Counted from the first letter of the stretch, positions 25,848 to 35,194 are shown. The stretch: DNA of 64,000 bases from Candidatus Acidiferrum sp. (GCA_035571315.1 DATMKM010000158.1:20182-84181), one strand, 5' to 3'. A program made the numbers and translations. Notes: generated by a model from the letters alone, not told the origin.

Positions 25848-26606
25848 CTAGTGGACGCCCAGAAGAGCGCCGCCGTCGACGCCGAGCGTCTGGCCTGTGA
25901 TGTAGCCGGCCTGCTTCGAGCAGAGGAACGCGCACGCGGCCGCGAACTCCGCGGGGTCGCCGTAGCGTCCCATCGGCGCGCTCGCCGCCATGCGCTTGAG
26001 CTCTTCGTCGATGTCGCCGCTTGCTGCGGCCGCGAGATGCCGGGTCCGGTCGGTGAGGATGGCGTCAGGAGCAAGGCAGTTAACCGTGATCCGGTCGGGC
26101 GCCAGCTCTCGCGAAAGCGTCTTGGACAGCCCTGTGACGGCGGCGCGCAGCGAGTTGGATAGGACCAGGCGCGAGATGGGCTGGCGCACCGAGATCGATG
26201 TGATAAACACGATTCGGCCGTGCCCAGACAGTTTCAGGTCCGGCAGCGCGGCCTTGACCAGCCGCACCGCGCTCATCAGGGTCAGCTGAAACGCCGGCTC
26301 CCAGCTCTCCAGAGGCGTGCTCTCAAACGTACCCGGCGGCGGCCCGCCTGCGTTGACGACGAGGACGTCAAGTCCACCCAGCCGGGCGCGGGCCTCGTCG
26401 ACCAGCGCCTCGGGCTCCTTCGAGACGTCGGCGGCGGCCCAGCCCGCCGCCTTGATCGCCTTGCCCGTCGCCTCGATCGCCGCCGCGTCGCGCGACGAGA
26501 TGAAGACGGCCGCGCCCTCTGCGACCAGCGCCTCCGCGCAGGCCCGTCCGAGCCCCCTGCTCGCAGCGGTGATCAGTCCCCGACGATCCTTCAGCCCGAG
26601 ATCCAC
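25848..26606 (-). CDS. Short-chain dehydrogenase/reductase (SDR)
   Basis: 252 aa. ...LITAASRGLGRACAEAL...NAGGPP...Y-x3-K region...GQTLGVDGG. GTG start. Confidence 0.85.
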   Translation of the reverse strand: MDLGLKDRRGLITAASRGLGRACAEALVAEGAAVFISSRDAAAIEATGKAIKAAGWAAADVSKEPEALVDEARARLGGLDVLVVNAGGPPPGTFESTPLESWEPAFQLTLMSAVRLVKAALPDLKLSGHGRIVFITSISVRQPISRLVLSNSLRAAVTGLSKTLSRELAPDRITVNCLAPDAILTDRTRHLAAAASGDIDEELKRMAASAPMGRYGDPAEFAAACAFLCSKQAGYITGQTLGVDGGALLGVH

Positions 26607-26757
26607 GGCTCAATTGTCGGGCAGCGCCCTTTCCGCAATTCGTTAAGTAAAAACTAGCCACTTCCCTAAACAGCGGGACAGGCCTAGACTCGCCCGGGGA
26701 TTGCGGGACCGGCCATGATGGAGGGTCTGGCCTGCCACCTGCGATCCCCCCTTTCGT

Positions 26758-28419
26758 TCATCCGCTGGTGTTGACGTACCACTCGGTGACGTACTGAAAG
26801 CGATCCGACGGCTCGACCACCTTGTTCATCCGCACGCCGTGCACCCGCTGCGACACCGCGTACTCGTAGCGGGCCGAATATAGGAAGATCGCAGGCGCCG
26901 CGGCGGCCATCAGCATCTGGAAGTCGATGTACGCGGCGAGGCGCGCCTGCGGGTCGACCGTGCCACGGCCCATCTCGAGGTCGCTGTCGATCAGCCCCCA
27001 GCCCCGCGCGTATGCGAAGTTCAAGCTGTTCGGGTCCGCGCCCGAGTGCCACAGCGAGTACTCGTCGGGATCCGATCCCACGTCGAACGAGACGAGCGCC
27101 ATCTCGTAGTTGCGTCCGATCAGGTAGTCCTGGACCAGCTGCGAAGGCGGCACGGCCTTAACGTCGAGCTCCACCCCGATGTTCATGAGCTGGCTCGCCA
27201 GCGCGTCGGCCACCTGCTGGCTGGGGTAAGAGTTAGGCGTGACAAGCTGCACCTTGAACGGGACGCCGTTCTTCGCCCTCAGCTTGGTTCCCGGGGTCGA
27301 CACCCAACCCGCCTTGTCCAGCGCCTGCGCCGCGGCGACCGGGTCGTACGGGTAGAGCGCGGCTGCCGCCGCGGAGAAGGCCCAGTCCCCTACCGGGATC
27401 GGGGTCGAATCCGGATCGGCCCTGCCCGCCATCACATCCGTGACGATGCTCTGGCGATCGACCGCCTGAGTGAGAGCAAGCCGGACGTTGACATCGCTGA
27501 AGAACTGATTGCCGTCACCATTCGGGTTGAAGCTCACGAATGAGTTCGTGAACATCCGCGCGTCGACCACTGAAACGTTGCTCGCTATCGCCTGGAGCGC
27601 ATCAACCTCCTGCGGCTCGAGCCCCCCCACCAGGTCCGCCACCCCCTGTCCCACAGCTCGGATCGCGGACTGCGGATCGGTGGCCGGGTACGTGCGCATT
27701 ACGAGGTGATCGAGATAAGGCTGAGGGTTGGCGTAGGGGTTGCGGTCGAGCGTGATCGCCAGCTGGTTGAGAGCGCCCACCTTGAAAGGACCGGTCCCAA
27801 TCGCTTGAACCCCGCTGTACGGGCTGGCCTCGATCTGAGCCGGCGCCATGCCACCAAAGAGGTGCTTCGCGATGATGCCGATGCGAAGCGCCAGCGGAAA
27901 CGACGCGCTCGGCGCCTTGAGCGTGAACACAACCTGGCCCGGACCTCCCGGCCCGACACCGACCTGGCGCCAGAAATCAGCTCCCGGCTGCGTGTACTCG
28001 ATGTCTTGAAGAACGTGGTACGTGAACAGCACGTCGTCGGCGCTGAACGGCTGGCCGTCGGCCCACTTGACCCCGTTGCGGATGTTGAAGGTGTAGGTGA
28101 GCTGGTCCTGCGACACCGTCCAGTCGCTGGCGAGCTGCCCGACGACGTTCTGCTGACCGTCGACCGTGGTCAGGCCCTGGTAGATGACGCTGTCGACGTC
28201 CCTCGTGCTGTCGACGGATTCGAAGAGCGGGTTGAGGACACCGGCGGCGCCCACCAGCGCTTCGACCGCGGTGCCGCCGCGCGCGGGCTTCGGCACGGTC
28301 GCGACCGGTTGGCAACCGAGGAGGACAACCACCGCCGCGAGCGCGGCGGTGAGCAGGCGCTTATCCGAGATTACGGGCTCGCAACGCGGTGAGGACGATC
28401 GAACACACGAGGAAGGCAA
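26758..28419 (-). CDS. ABC transporter substrate-binding lipoprotein, family 5 (peptide/nickel type)
   Basis: ORF 26758..28503. ...RLLTAALAAVVVLLGCQP (lipobox) ...YQGLTTVDG...WADGQPFSADDVLFTY... The start is uncertain: TTG 28419 is chosen, and any candidate start overlaps the secG 3' end. No permease or ATPase genes are adjacent. Confidence 0.75.
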   Translation of the reverse strand: MPSSCVRSSSPRCEPVISDKRLLTAALAAVVVLLGCQPVATVPKPARGGTAVEALVGAAGVLNPLFESVDSTRDVDSVIYQGLTTVDGQQNVVGQLASDWTVSQDQLTYTFNIRNGVKWADGQPFSADDVLFTYHVLQDIEYTQPGADFWRQVGVGPGGPGQVVFTLKAPSASFPLALRIGIIAKHLFGGMAPAQIEASPYSGVQAIGTGPFKVGALNQLAITLDRNPYANPQPYLDHLVMRTYPATDPQSAIRAVGQGVADLVGGLEPQEVDALQAIASNVSVVDARMFTNSFVSFNPNGDGNQFFSDVNVRLALTQAVDRQSIVTDVMAGRADPDSTPIPVGDWAFSAAAAALYPYDPVAAAQALDKAGWVSTPGTKLRAKNGVPFKVQLVTPNSYPSQQVADALASQLMNIGVELDVKAVPPSQLVQDYLIGRNYEMALVSFDVGSDPDEYSLWHSGADPNSLNFAYARGWGLIDSDLEMGRGTVDPQARLAAYIDFQMLMAAAAPAIFLYSARYEYAVSQRVHGVRMNKVVEPSDRFQYVTEWYVNTSG

Positions 28420-28618
28420 CGACCAGGACCCAGGTGGTCCAGTAGATCTGGCGCTCCAGGCCGCGGCGTGTTCGATATCCGCCGCCGCCCCCGTCGCCGC
28501 CACCGCCGATCGTTCCGCCGAGGCCTGACGACTTCGGAGTCTGGATGAGGACGCCCGCCATCAAGAGGACCGCGATCACGGCCTCGGTGATGACGAGCGT
28601 CGAGACGACCCTAGCCAT
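28361..28618 (-). CDS. secG: Preprotein translocase subunit SecG
   Basis: 85 aa, two TM helices flanking a Gly-rich loop (LIQTPKSSGLGGTIGGGGDGGGGG). Sits in the conserved position downstream of the gap-pgk-tpiA region. Confidence 0.7.
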   Translation of the reverse strand: MARVVSTLVITEAVIAVLLMAGVLIQTPKSSGLGGTIGGGGDGGGGGYRTRRGLERQIYWTTWVLVVAFLVCSIVLTALRARNLG

Positions 28619-28636
28619 GCGACCTCGAGATTTTAC

Positions 28637-29251
28637 CTAGCTCCACACCGAGGAGAAGCGGGTCTCGATGGCGGCCCAGTTCAGCGTGTTGAACCAGGCG
28701 GCCACGTAGTCCGCCCGTTTGTTCTGGTACTTGAGGTAGTAGGAGTGCTCCCAGACGTCGACTCCGACGATGGGGGTCAAACCTTCCATGTAGGGGCTGT
28801 CCTGGTTGGGATAGCCCTTGACGGCCAGCTTGGCTTGCTTGTCGACTACCAGCCACGCCCAGCCGCTGCCGAACTGGCCAACCGCTGTCTTCTGGAGCAG
28901 TTCCTTGAAAGCGTCGTAGCTGCCAAAGGTGGTCTTGATGGCGTCTCCGATCCGGCCTTGCGGGTTGCCGCCGCCGCCCGGCCCCATGATCGTCCAGAAG
29001 ATCGAGTGGTTCGAATGACCGCCCGCGTTGTTGCGGATGACATTGCGGATGTCCTCGGGCACCTCGTTGATACCCCAGAGCAGGTCCTCCACCGACTTGG
29101 CCGCCAGCGCGGGATGATTCTCGAGCGCCTTGTTGGCATTGGCGATATAGGCCGCGTGGTGCTTGTCATGATGGATCTCCATCGTCATGGCGTCGATATG
29201 GGGCTCGAGAGCATCGAACCCGTAGGGAAGCGGCGGAAGCACAAATGGCAT
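28637..29251 (-). CDS. sodA: Fe/Mn superoxide dismutase
   Basis: 204 aa. LPPLPYGFDALEPHIDAMTMEIHHDKHH...DVWEHSYYLKYQNKRADY. GGGAGGG SD 8 nt upstream. Confidence 0.9.
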   Translation of the reverse strand: MPFVLPPLPYGFDALEPHIDAMTMEIHHDKHHAAYIANANKALENHPALAAKSVEDLLWGINEVPEDIRNVIRNNAGGHSNHSIFWTIMGPGGGGNPQGRIGDAIKTTFGSYDAFKELLQKTAVGQFGSGWAWLVVDKQAKLAVKGYPNQDSPYMEGLTPIVGVDVWEHSYYLKYQNKRADYVAAWFNTLNWAAIETRFSSVWS

Positions 29252-29299
29252 TGCGGAACCCTCCCGTGGTCTGAATTTGTCTTTTACCCAGGAATCAGT

Positions 29300-30082
29300 C
29301 TAAGAGGTCGGCGATTCCGAACCAGGAGATCTTGAGGCCTGCGCCCCGACGGCCGCCGCGCGGCGCTCGATCTCGTCGGGGTCGCCGAGATAGCGCCACG
29401 ACTCCGGTTTGAAGCCCGCGTCCAATTCGTACACGCGCGGCACGCCGGTCGGGATGTTCAGCTCGACCACCTCATCATCGCTGAGCCCGTCGAGGTGCTT
29501 GACCAGCGCGCGGAGGCTGTTTCCATGCGCGGAGACCATCACGCATTGGTATCGAAGAAGGTCCGGCACGATCGCGTCGTACCAGTAGGGGAGCATCCGC
29601 TCAACCACGTCTTTCAGGCACTCGGCCCGCGGCAGGAGCTCAGGTGGCAGCTCCGCGTAGCGCCGGTCGTGTGATGGATGGCGCTCGTCGGATGGATCGA
29701 GGTCGGGTGGCCGCACGTCATAACTGCGCCGCCACACCTTGACTTTGTCCTCACCGTACTGGGCCGCCGTCTGGGCCTTGTTCAGGCCCTGCAGGGCTCC
29801 GTAGTGCCGTTCGTTCAGACGCCAGCTCCGCCGCACGGGGATCCAGGTCAGGCCCATCTCGGCCAGCGCCAGGTCAGACGTTTCGATCGCCCGCACCAGC
29901 ACGGAGGTATGCACCACATCGGGCGACAGGCCCGCCTCTTTCATCAGCCGCCCAGCCTCGAGTGCCTCCTCGACGCCGTGGGGACTGAGCGGAACGTCAT
30001 GCCAACCCGTGAATAGGTTCTCGAGGTTCCAGGTGCTCTGCCCATGCCTGAGCAGAACAAGGGTGAATGGTTTGGTCACCAC
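29300..30082 (-). CDS. gpmA: 2,3-bisphosphoglycerate-dependent phosphoglycerate mutase
   Basis: 260 aa. [26 protein letters not shown]...[18 protein letters not shown]...[14 protein letters not shown] start. Confidence 0.9.
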   Translation of the reverse strand: MVTKPFTLVLLRHGQSTWNLENLFTGWHDVPLSPHGVEEALEAGRLMKEAGLSPDVVHTSVLVRAIETSDLALAEMGLTWIPVRRSWRLNERHYGALQGLNKAQTAAQYGEDKVKVWRRSYDVRPPDLDPSDERHPSHDRRYAELPPELLPRAECLKDVVERMLPYWYDAIVPDLLRYQCVMVSAHGNSLRALVKHLDGLSDDEVVELNIPTGVPRVYELDAGFKPESWRYLGDPDEIERRAAAVGAQASRSPGSESPTS

Positions 30083-30145
30083 CCCGCTCGCCAGGGAGGT
30101 CGGCCTTGCCCGCAGGGCTGCGCCGCGTGGGGGGACTCGAGCTTC

Positions 30146-30937
30146 CTACCGATGTCCGTACACCTCGGCCGTCACTTTTACGATGTGCGCGAACTCCGCC
30201 GCGTCAAGACTCGCCCCGCCGACCAGGACGCCGTCGCACAGCGGCAGCTCGACGTACGCCTCGACATTGGCCGAGTTGACGCTGCCCCCATAAAGGATCC
30301 GGACCTTGCGCGCGGCGCCCGCGCCGATCATGTCCCCGACGACCCGGCGGATCAGCCTCATCGTCTTGTAGGCGTGCTCCGGGTCGGCACTCTTGCCGGA
30401 TCCGATGGCCCAGACCGGCTCGTAGGCGATCACAAGGCGGGCGGAATCGTCGGCCGAGCAGTTCGCCAGCCCCGCCCTGACCTGCGCCTCGACGACCTGG
30501 TCGGAGGTGCCCGCGTCATAGTGGTCGGCCAGCTCGCCCACGCACATGATCACGCTCAGCTCGCATCCGAGGGCGGCGGCGGTCTTCTTGGACACCATCT
30601 CGTCCGTCTCGGCGAGGTAGATCCGGCGCTCAGAGTGGCCGGTGATAACCCACTGACACCAACCCTTCAGCATGGCCGGCGAGACCTCGCCGGTGAAGGC
30701 GCCCGAAAGCTCCCAGAAGCAGTCCTGGGCGCCGAGCTCGACGCCGGACTCGGCGATCACCTCCGACACGCTCATCAGCCAGGGAAAAGGCGGAAAGATC
30801 GCCACCTCGACCCGGTCCGCGTGCCCCCGCGCCACCGACAAGACGCCGCGGACCAGATCCAGGGCGTCGCCCGCATCGTTCGGGTTCATCTTCCAGTTCG
30901 CCGCCACCAGGGGCATCGGCGAGACTCGCGAAGCCAT
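30146..30937 (-). CDS. tpiA: Triosephosphate isomerase
   Basis: Start ATG 30937 shares 1 nt with the pgk TGA. MASRVSPMPLVAANWKMN...ITGHSERR...AYEPVWAIGSG...YGGSV. The upstream 105 codons of ORF 30146..31252 are discarded. Confidence 0.9.
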   Translation of the reverse strand: MASRVSPMPLVAANWKMNPNDAGDALDLVRGVLSVARGHADRVEVAIFPPFPWLMSVSEVIAESGVELGAQDCFWELSGAFTGEVSPAMLKGWCQWVITGHSERRIYLAETDEMVSKKTAAALGCELSVIMCVGELADHYDAGTSDQVVEAQVRAGLANCSADDSARLVIAYEPVWAIGSGKSADPEHAYKTMRLIRRVVGDMIGAGAARKVRILYGGSVNSANVEAYVELPLCDGVLVGGASLDAAEFAHIVKVTAEVYGHR

Positions 30938-32103
30938 CAGGCCTCCTTGAGGATCGCGATGCCGGGCAGTACTTTGCCCTCCAGGTACTCGAGGGTTGCG
31001 CCGCCCCCGGTCGAAACGTGCGAGAAACGTCCGCTCAGCCCAAGGGATTCGATGGCCGCGACCGTATCGCCCCCACCGACCAGCGTGTAACCGCCGGAGG
31101 TTGCGATCGCCTCGCCGATCGCCCTTGTCCCATCGCTGAAATCGCGGATCTCGGATACCCCCATGGGCCCATTCCAGACGACGGCGCCGGCGCCGCGCAG
31201 CCTTTGGGCGTAAAGCGCCACTGACTTGGGCCCGATGTCGAGCGCCATCCAACCTGGTTCCACCTTGTCTGCGTCCATGATGCGCAACGGCTGCCCAGCC
31301 TCCATCCGGCGCGCGCAGACGAGATCGACCGGAAGCAGCAGCTTGCCACCTGCCTGGTCGGCCACCTCCCTGGCCTCCTCCAACGCGGAGTCCTCGACGA
31401 GCCCGCTCCCTGTCGGATAACCCTGCGCCTTGAAGAAGGTGTTGGCCATCGCGCCCCCGATGATCAGCGCGTCGACCTTCTTCAGCAGGTTGCGCAGGAC
31501 GCCTACTTTGGTCGAGACCTTGGCGCCGCCTACCACCGCGATCATCGGGCGCCGCGGGTTGTCCAGGGCCTGGTGCAAGGCCTTGAGCTCGGCCTCCATC
31601 AGCTCACCCGCATAGGCGGGTAAGTAGGCGGCAACCCCGACCACCGACGCGTGTGCGCGGTGGGAAGCGCCGAAGGCGTCGTTCACGTAGAGCTGTCCGA
31701 GCGCCGCCAGCCGGCGAGCGAAGTCCGGGTCGTCCGCCTCGTCTTCGGGGTGAAAGCGCACGTTCTCGAGCAGCAGGACCTGGCCGTCGTGCAAGTTGTC
31801 GACGGCCGTTTGCGCCGGCTCCCCGACACAATCCGCCGCGAACTGCACCTCGCGTTCGAGCGCGTGCGCCAGCTGCGACGAGACCGGCCGCAGGGAGAGC
31901 TCCGGCTCCACGCCCTTCGGCCGCCCCAGGTGTGACATAACGATCACGTTGGCCCCGCGGTTGGCCAGGTGGAGAAGCGTCGGAACCGCGGCGCGAATCC
32001 GAGAATCGTCCGTGATCGTCCCCTTCGACATCGGCACGTTGAGGTCCTCGCGGACGAGGACTCGTTTGCCCGCGACTTCGACAGACGTGATCGAAACCTT
32101 CAG
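30937..32103 (-). CDS. pgk: Phosphoglycerate kinase
   Basis: ...KVSITSVEVAGKRVLVREDLNVPM...VMSHLGRPKG...VSTGGGATLEYLEG. The N-terminus of homologues aligns to a start at CTG 32103 (CTGA with the gap stop). Canonical alternatives are GTG 32157 and GTG 32190. Confidence 0.9.
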   Translation of the reverse strand: MKVSITSVEVAGKRVLVREDLNVPMSKGTITDDSRIRAAVPTLLHLANRGANVIVMSHLGRPKGVEPELSLRPVSSQLAHALEREVQFAADCVGEPAQTAVDNLHDGQVLLLENVRFHPEDEADDPDFARRLAALGQLYVNDAFGASHRAHASVVGVAAYLPAYAGELMEAELKALHQALDNPRRPMIAVVGGAKVSTKVGVLRNLLKKVDALIIGGAMANTFFKAQGYPTGSGLVEDSALEEAREVADQAGGKLLLPVDLVCARRMEAGQPLRIMDADKVEPGWMALDIGPKSVALYAQRLRGAGAVVWNGPMGVSEIRDFSDGTRAIGEAIATSGGYTLVGGGDTVAAIESLGLSGRFSHVSTGGGATLEYLEGKVLPGIAILKEA

Positions 32104-33110
32104 AGGGATTCCGCCATGTACGCGGTGAGGTCGACCATGCGGCAGCTGAAGCCCCACTCGTTGTCGTACCAGCTCACCACCTTCGCCCACTGGCCGCCGA
32201 GCATCGCCGTCACCGGGGCGTCGACGATCGAGGAGTGCGGATCACCCTTGAAATCCGAGGAGACGAGCTCTTCGTGGCTGACGGCGAGGATGCCACGCAG
32301 CTCTCCGCTCGCAGCCTCTTCGAACGCGGCGTTGACGTCCTGGGCCGTCGTCGTTTTGGTGAGCTCGACGGTCAGGTCCACCACGGACACGTCCAGAATC
32401 GGCACCCTGAAGGAGATGCCGGCGAACTTACCCGCCAGCTCGGGCAGCACCTCCGCGACCGCGCGGTTGGCACCAGTCGAAGTCGGAATGATGTTGTCCG
32501 CGGCGGCCCGCGCCCGGCGGAGGTCCTTGTGCGGAAGGTCCTGCAGCTTCTGGTCCGCGGTGTAAGCGTGGATCGTCGTCATCATTCCCCGCTCGATGCC
32601 GAACGAGTCGTGCAGGACCTTGGCCAGCGGCACGAAGCAATTGGTCGTGCAGCTCGCGTTGGAGATGACGTCGTGCTTCGCGCTGTCGTAGCCCTTGTGG
32701 TTGACGCCCATGACCACCGTGTAGTCCTGGTTGGTCGCGGGCGCCGAGATGATCACCTTCTTGGCGCCCCCCTTGTCGATGTGCACGCGCGCCTTGTTGG
32801 CGTCGGTGAAAAGACCGGTCGACTCGATGACGAGCTCGACGCCAAGATCCTTCCACGGGAGCTCAGCCGGATCCCGGTGGCTCAGGAACTTGACGGTCCG
32901 GCCGTCCACTTTGATGGCGTCCTCGGTGGATGACACCGGCGGGCCGAATGTGCCGAGCGCCGTGTCGTGCTTCAGGAGATGCGCGAACGTGTGCGCATCG
33001 CCGATGTCGTTGACCGCCACGATCTCGAAGTCCGCCTTGAGCATGTGGGCGGCGCGGAAGATGTTCCGGCCGATCCGGCCGAAACCGTTGATACCGACCT
33101 TCAAGGTCAT
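32100..33110 (-). CDS. gap: Type I glyceraldehyde-3-phosphate dehydrogenase
   Basis: 336 aa. MTLKVGINGFGRIGRNIFR...SNASCTTNC...WYDNEWG. AGGAG SD 9 nt upstream. Confidence 0.95.
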   Translation of the reverse strand: MTLKVGINGFGRIGRNIFRAAHMLKADFEIVAVNDIGDAHTFAHLLKHDTALGTFGPPVSSTEDAIKVDGRTVKFLSHRDPAELPWKDLGVELVIESTGLFTDANKARVHIDKGGAKKVIISAPATNQDYTVVMGVNHKGYDSAKHDVISNASCTTNCFVPLAKVLHDSFGIERGMMTTIHAYTADQKLQDLPHKDLRRARAAADNIIPTSTGANRAVAEVLPELAGKFAGISFRVPILDVSVVDLTVELTKTTTAQDVNAAFEEAASGELRGILAVSHEELVSSDFKGDPHSSIVDAPVTAMLGGQWAKVVSWYDNEWGFSCRMVDLTAYMAESL

Positions 33111-33202
33111 GTGGGCAAGCTCCTATTGATGGCGGGCAAGAACCCTGGGGGCGAATCCCGGCGGCGAATCCCCGATGAACTCGGTGAACGACGGACGTAA
33201 TG

Positions 33203-34126
33203 TTAGGCGGAGCGGCGCGCTCGCTTGGCCGTTGCCGCGGCGCCTCGCGAATCGGCCAGCTCCTGCAGACGGCGCAGGCGGTGGTTGACCGCGGACTTCG
33301 AAAGCTTCATCCGCCCAGCCAGCTCATCCAGGTTCAGCTCCGGATGCTCGCTGCGCCAGCGGGCCATCTCGCGCAGCGCGGGCGGAAGGCCATCCAGCCG
33401 GCCGCTGCCCTCGAGCCGCTCGATCGCCGCCGCCTGGCGAAGACCGGAGCCGATCGTCTTGCCGATGTTGGCCGTTTCGAAGTTGAGCCGGCGGTTCACC
33501 TCGCCGCTTACCTCGCGCATCACCCGCACGCTCTCGAACTCCATCACCGCGCGGCTGGCGCCCATCAAGGAAAGCAGGCGGACGATCGCATCACCTTCTT
33601 TCAGGTACGCCACGTGCTGCCCGCCCCGCTCCATCACGCCGACCTTCACGTCAGCCGAACCGGCCATCTTCACGACCGCCTCGGCCCACGTATCAGTGGG
33701 GACGACAAACTCGAGGTGGTAGCGGGAGCTCGGCACGTTGACCGAACCGCAGCCCAGGAACAGACCGCGCAACATCGCCTTGCGGTCACAGGCGGCATCG
33801 GGCATGGCTTTCATAGCGGACTGCGTAAACGCCGGAACGAGGCCCTGCGGCAGCGCCAGCTCGATGAAAAAGGACATGCGCTTTCGCGTCTTGACAGCCT
33901 GGTATTTGGCGTCCATGTGTCCGACGGCGCGACCCAGCCTGACCACCTTCCGCGCCACAGCGTTGCGCAGTAATGAGAAGTAAGCGGCCTGCCCTGGCTC
34001 ACCTGGTCGCCTGATCAGCCTCGCGCGCGAGCCGAAATAGATCCCGAGCAGCTCGCTGAGCTGGCAGCAGGGTCGCGCCGGCATGAGCCCGGCCATCTCG
34101 TTCTTGACGTCCGCCGAGAACGAAAT
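33203..34126 (-). CDS. whiA: DNA-binding sporulation/cell-division regulator WhiA
   Basis: ...CCQLSELLG...LAGLIDADG-like core...C-terminal HTH LSKSAVNHRLRRLQELA. The conserved N-terminus (I)SFSADVKNEMAG lies upstream of the first ATG. Start inferred at ATT 34126..34124, 6 nt after GGAGG. Confidence 0.85.
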   Translation of the reverse strand: MSFSADVKNEMAGLMPARPCCQLSELLGIYFGSRARLIRRPGEPGQAAYFSLLRNAVARKVVRLGRAVGHMDAKYQAVKTRKRMSFFIELALPQGLVPAFTQSAMKAMPDAACDRKAMLRGLFLGCGSVNVPSSRYHLEFVVPTDTWAEAVVKMAGSADVKVGVMERGGQHVAYLKEGDAIVRLLSLMGASRAVMEFESVRVMREVSGEVNRRLNFETANIGKTIGSGLRQAAAIERLEGSGRLDGLPPALREMARWRSEHPELNLDELAGRMKLSKSAVNHRLRRLQELADSRGAAATAKRARRSA

Positions 34127-34210
34127 CGCTTACCTCCAAAGGCAGTGGTGACTTTCCCCCGACCCAGATCGCAGTGTACCCCTGGGGCCGTGGCGCTGGA
34201 CAATGGTCAG

Positions 34211-35194
34211 GTGGCCGAAATGAGGATGATCGAGGCGGTGCGTGCCGCCATGGGTGAGGAGATGGCGCGGGACGATCGGGTGCTCGTCATGGGCGAGGAC
34301 GTGGGCCGCAAAGGGGGGGTGTTCGGAGCGACGGACGGCCTCTACGCGCGCTTCGGCGAAGCCCGCGTGCTGGACACGCCGCTCGCCGAGTCGGCCATCG
34401 TCGGAGTCGCCATCGGCGCCGCCCTCAACGGTCTCATCCCCATCGCCGAGATCCAGTTCGCGGACTTCATTCATCCGGCGTTCGACCAGATCGTGAGCGA
34501 GGCCGCGCGCACACGCTACCGCTCCAACGGGGACTGGTCCGTCCCGATCGTCATCCGCACGCCGTTCGGGGGCGGAGTCCACGGAGGGCTCTACCACTCG
34601 CAGTCGATCGAGGCCTTCTACGCGCACGTGCCGGGGTTGAAGGTCGTGGTGCCGAGCATGCCCGCGGACGCGCACGGGCTGCTCAAATCAGCCATTCGCG
34701 ACCCTGACCCGGTGTTGTTCCTCGAGCACAAGAAGCTCTACCGCCTGGTCGCGGAGCAGGTCCCTGACGGCGACCACCTGGTCCCGATCGGCCCCGCCGT
34801 GGTGCGGCGTGAGGGCGCCGCCCTGAGCTGCTTCGCTTGGGGGCTGATGACCCACTACTGCCTGGAGGCCGCGGCACAGCTGGAGACCGAAGGAGTGAGC
34901 GTGGAGGTCGTTGACCTCCGCACGCTGGCGCCGCTCGATCGGGACGCCATCCTGCAATCGGTGCGCAAGACCGGAAAAGCAATGGTCGTGCACGAGGACA
35001 ACCTGACCGGCGGTTTCGGCGCCGAGGTGGCCGCGATCATCTCCGAGCACGCCTTCGGCGACCTCGACGGCCCGGTGGTCCGGGTGGCGGCGCCGGACAT
35101 CCCGGCCATGCCGTTCAACACTCCTCAGGAGGAGTTCTTCATGCCAAACCCACACAAGATCGCCGACGCGATGCGAAAACTTGCCGCGTACTAA
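34211..35194 (+). CDS. 2-oxoacid (pyruvate/branched-chain) dehydrogenase E1 component, beta subunit
   Basis: ...MIEAVRAAMGEEMARDDRVLVMGEDVG..GGVFGATDGLYARFGEARVLDTPLAES...AEIQFADF...RTPFGGGVHGGLYHSQS. Start is GTG 34211 or ATG 34220. No E1-alpha or E2 gene is adjacent. Confidence 0.85.
   Translation: MAEMRMIEAVRAAMGEEMARDDRVLVMGEDVGRKGGVFGATDGLYARFGEARVLDTPLAESAIVGVAIGAALNGLIPIAEIQFADFIHPAFDQIVSEAARTRYRSNGDWSVPIVIRTPFGGGVHGGLYHSQSIEAFYAHVPGLKVVVPSMPADAHGLLKSAIRDPDPVLFLEHKKLYRLVAEQVPDGDHLVPIGPAVVRREGAALSCFAWGLMTHYCLEAAAQLETEGVSVEVVDLRTLAPLDRDAILQSVRKTGKAMVVHEDNLTGGFGAEVAAIISEHAFGDLDGPVVRVAAPDIPAMPFNTPQEEFFMPNPHKIADAMRKLAAY

Noticed and set aside
26607-26757. The 151-nt spacer between the substrate-binding protein gene and the SDR gene as a small RNA or small ORF (ORF 26684..27052 on the - strand).
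   Set aside because: The ORF mostly overlaps the SBP gene 3' end and is Arg/Gly-rich. The spacer shows only weak hairpins and one AT-rich patch (taagtaaaaactag), consistent with an ordinary terminator/promoter region.
30083-30145. A possible third copy of the mutM/moeA-spacer repeat in the tpiA-gpmA spacer (ccccgctcgccagggagg against ccccgctcgcggggagg).
   Set aside because: The similarity is limited to about 18 nt with an indel, the flanks do not align, and the match is within what GC-rich sequence gives by chance. A partial resemblance at 30291..30330 inside tpiA is dismissed for the same reason.
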